Source: Minisyncoccia bacterium
GTDB taxonomy: Bacteria > Patescibacteriota > Minisyncoccia > UBA6257 > 2-01-FULL-56-20
Direction: 5' to 3'
Assembly: GCA_049997875.1 (NCBI GenBank)
Contig: JBEKRC010000005.1
Location: forward strand, 1,679-65,678
Length of the DNA: 64,000 bases
Shown here: in pieces, positions 61,937-64,000 of the stretch
How the letters are laid out: each line of letters begins with the position of its first letter
Position numbering within the stretch: the first letter of the stretch is position 1
The notes under the pieces: generated by a model
What the model saw: the letters and a program-made list of their open reading frames with translations, nothing else
Databases searched by the model: none
What the model was told of the DNA's origin: nothing
Position numbers and translations under genes: made by a program

Positions 61937-62835
61937 TGACGCGCGTTATCTTTGTGGTAGTGGCCATCTTCATCCTCGGCGCATTAGTCTATGTCTTCAG
62001 CACGAGCCATACCAACTTCAAGCTGTTCCCTCTTCTTCCTCCGGCGCCTTCGTCTTCATACCAAGCCGCTTCTTCGACGCAGTCGTACGCGGTTTCCAAT
62101 CCCGCTTCCACCACCATAACGGCGACGCCCACTTCCTCTTCTTATCAGGGGAACGTTCCCGCAGGGTTTACGGCGGACGAACTCTCGCCGTACTATGGGC
62201 AAGTTAGCTTCGGCGGCGTATCCCCCGCGTATTCTTATTACGACGGTTCCTACGGTGAGATTTCGCTCGATGCGTATTCTAACGACCAGTCATCAAGCAT
62301 TGACGTGACGGGATGGGAGATCAAAGGGAACGAGGGCGGCGAATACATTCCCCAAGCCGTCAATATTTACGACCCGCTGGGGTTAAATCCCTCCACGGAC
62401 ATTTTTTTGAAGAGCGGCGACTATCTGAATCTTTACTCGGGCTCCGCGCCAGTGAATCTCCGGCTCAACGAATGTGTCGGCTATCTTCCGAATCAGAGCC
62501 AGTTCAATCCAGCGTTGCCAGAGAATTGTCCCTCCATTGACCAGTCGGAGATCCAGACGTTCAGCGGCGCATGCCAGAATTACATTCTTTCGCTCGGCAG
62601 CTGTGAGAGCCCCGACTTCAACAGTTTTTCCATTCCGCAAAACGATTCTGCCTGCCTGAATTATTTAAATACCCACTTCAACTATCTTTCGTGCTTCAAC
62701 GCGCACTACAGCGATTCCAACTTTCTTTCCAATGAAGTGCGCGTATGGATGGGGTCCAGCCCCATTGACCAGTTCCACGACCGCGTGGAGCTATTGGATA
62801 GGAACGGCCTCCTCGTGGACCTTTACACCTACTAA
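61936..62835 (+). CDS. membrane-anchored secreted protein with Ser/Thr-rich linker and Cys-rich C-terminal domain
   Basis: N-terminal TM helix, STQSYAVSNPASTTITATPTSSS linker, then a domain with 8 or more Cys. Confidence 0.4.
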   Translation: MTRVIFVVVAIFILGALVYVFSTSHTNFKLFPLLPPAPSSSYQAASSTQSYAVSNPASTTITATPTSSSYQGNVPAGFTADELSPYYGQVSFGGVSPAYSYYDGSYGEISLDAYSNDQSSSIDVTGWEIKGNEGGEYIPQAVNIYDPLGLNPSTDIFLKSGDYLNLYSGSAPVNLRLNECVGYLPNQSQFNPALPENCPSIDQSEIQTFSGACQNYILSLGSCESPDFNSFSIPQNDSACLNYLNTHFNYLSCFNAHYSDSNFLSNEVRVWMGSSPIDQFHDRVELLDRNGLLVDLYTY

Positions 62836-62850
62836 CGAGGCCTCCTGTCG

Positions 62851-63900
62851 TTATTTTCTTTCCGCAAGCGAGACCTTCGTCACGAGTTCCTTACCGTCGC
62901 GGAGTATGGCGAGCGTCACCTCGTCGCCCACGTTCAAATTTTCCAGAAAGTCCTGGATGGGGTGGTCGCGGTCAAGTTTTGCGCCGTTCAAAGTGAGCAC
63001 GATGTCTTTTTCTTTAAGGCCCGCCTTTTCCGCAGGGCTTTCGGGGACCACGGCGCTATCGTGCTCGCTCTCGCGCACAACAAGTGCGCCGTAGTTCACG
63101 GGCAGGTTCATTTTCGCCTTCGTGTCGTCGTCAATCATCATATAGCGGAGACCGAGAAGCGGCCGGCGGATGCGGCCATATTTTTTGATGTCGTCCAGGT
63201 CCCGCTTCGCAGCGTTCACGGGGATTGCAAATCCGATGCTCTGCGCGCCCGAGACGATCGCGGCATTCACGGCGACGACGTTCCCATCCGCGTCTACGAG
63301 CGGTCCGCCGGAATTACCCGGATTGATCGCGGCGTCGGTCTGGATAAGGCCCCGCATCTCCTGTGGCGGCGCATCCGGCTCCGCCTGTGCGGTGATCGCG
63401 CGCGAGAGGCCGGAAACGATGCCTACCGATACCGTGTTTTTGAAAACGCCGAGCGCGTTCCCGATCGCGATCAAGCTCTGGCCGAGCTGTAACTTCGTCG
63501 CATCGCCAAGTTTCAGACAGGGGAGCCCCTCCGCTTTTATTTTCAAAATCGCGACGTCATTGATCGGGTCGCGGCTCAAAATCTCCGAGGGGAAACGCCG
63601 CCCGTCGTTCAGGATCACCGTGTATTCCGCTTTCGGGTCGCTTATCACATGCTTGTTCGTAAGGATAAGACCATTCGCGTCCACGATAAATCCCGATCCG
63701 CCGCCCACCTGCACCATGCCACGCTTGTCAATCAAATCCTCTGGGATCTGCAGCTTCTCGCCGCTCGGACTGCTCGGAATGAACGGATACAACTCTTTCG
63801 GCAGCTCTTTCTCTAAATCCTCCAGATGCTTCGCAATAGCGATGGAGACCACCGCCGGCATCACCTTCTTCACCGTCGCAATCACGCGCTTGTCGTCCAT
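62851..63900 (-). CDS. htrA: HtrA/DegP-family serine protease with PDZ domain
   Basis: GSGFIVDANGLILTNKHV contains the catalytic His, and GNSGGPL the catalytic Ser. A C-terminal PDZ domain follows. Confidence 0.85.
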   Translation of the reverse strand: MDDKRVIATVKKVMPAVVSIAIAKHLEDLEKELPKELYPFIPSSPSGEKLQIPEDLIDKRGMVQVGGGSGFIVDANGLILTNKHVISDPKAEYTVILNDGRRFPSEILSRDPINDVAILKIKAEGLPCLKLGDATKLQLGQSLIAIGNALGVFKNTVSVGIVSGLSRAITAQAEPDAPPQEMRGLIQTDAAINPGNSGGPLVDADGNVVAVNAAIVSGAQSIGFAIPVNAAKRDLDDIKKYGRIRRPLLGLRYMMIDDDTKAKMNLPVNYGALVVRESEHDSAVVPESPAEKAGLKEKDIVLTLNGAKLDRDHPIQDFLENLNVGDEVTLAILRDGKELVTKVSLAERK

Positions 63901-64000
63901 GGGTTTATTGTAACACGCTGGCGGAAGCGGGAGGATTCCGTCGCTCGCTGCGCTCGCTCCTAGAACCTTACGCGCCGCCCCGACCCCCGTTTCGGAAACC

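Noticed and set aside
1-64000. CRISPR arrays and rRNA genes
   Set aside because: No regularly spaced direct repeats with unique spacers were seen. No 16S, 23S or 5S conserved motifs were noticed.

Overview
The window is about 57% GC and reads as a reduced-genome bacterium, probably Candidate Phyla Radiation/Patescibacteria-like. The housekeeping backbone includes dnaG-rpoD, a ribosomal-protein/rpoA cluster, a class II ribonucleotide reductase, metK, dinB and tsaD. The window also carries five aminoacyl-tRNA synthetase genes: valS, alaS, metG, leuS and a truncated alaS. It is interrupted by several AT-rich, low-GC accessory islets.

The main findings, all from reading the sequence by eye:
1. 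leuS carries an internal insertion with a perfect Nudix box.
2. A low-GC island at 42.7-46.1 kb encodes a NucS-like PD-(D/E)xK nuclease with a non-canonical N-domain, two small membrane proteins, a Zn-ribbon protein, and an independently promoted, roughly 350-nt structured ncRNA closed by a 12-bp long-range helix.
3. A repeated cassette architecture surrounds xseA and xseB. Each cassette has an AT-rich promoter motif (TTTTAATAATTTTTTAATG plus gagTATAAT), a paralogous small protein, and a covarying hairpin element (GCCGAAYGGGAC-N4-GYCCC). One hairpin copy is inverted and sits behind its own promoter and terminator.
4. Two copies of a UUCG-tetraloop structured-RNA motif show compensatory base changes and carry different long closing stems. 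One copy lies after rpoD and one at 24.7 kb.
5. A SAM-I riboswitch lies upstream of metK.
6. Toxin-antitoxin modules are present: hicBA, a Gp49/HigB-like toxin with an XRE antitoxin, and a small gene pair whose first product is RelE-like only by context and whose second carries a YD.(D/E)D.L DUF2283-like motif.

No rRNA and no CRISPR array were seen.
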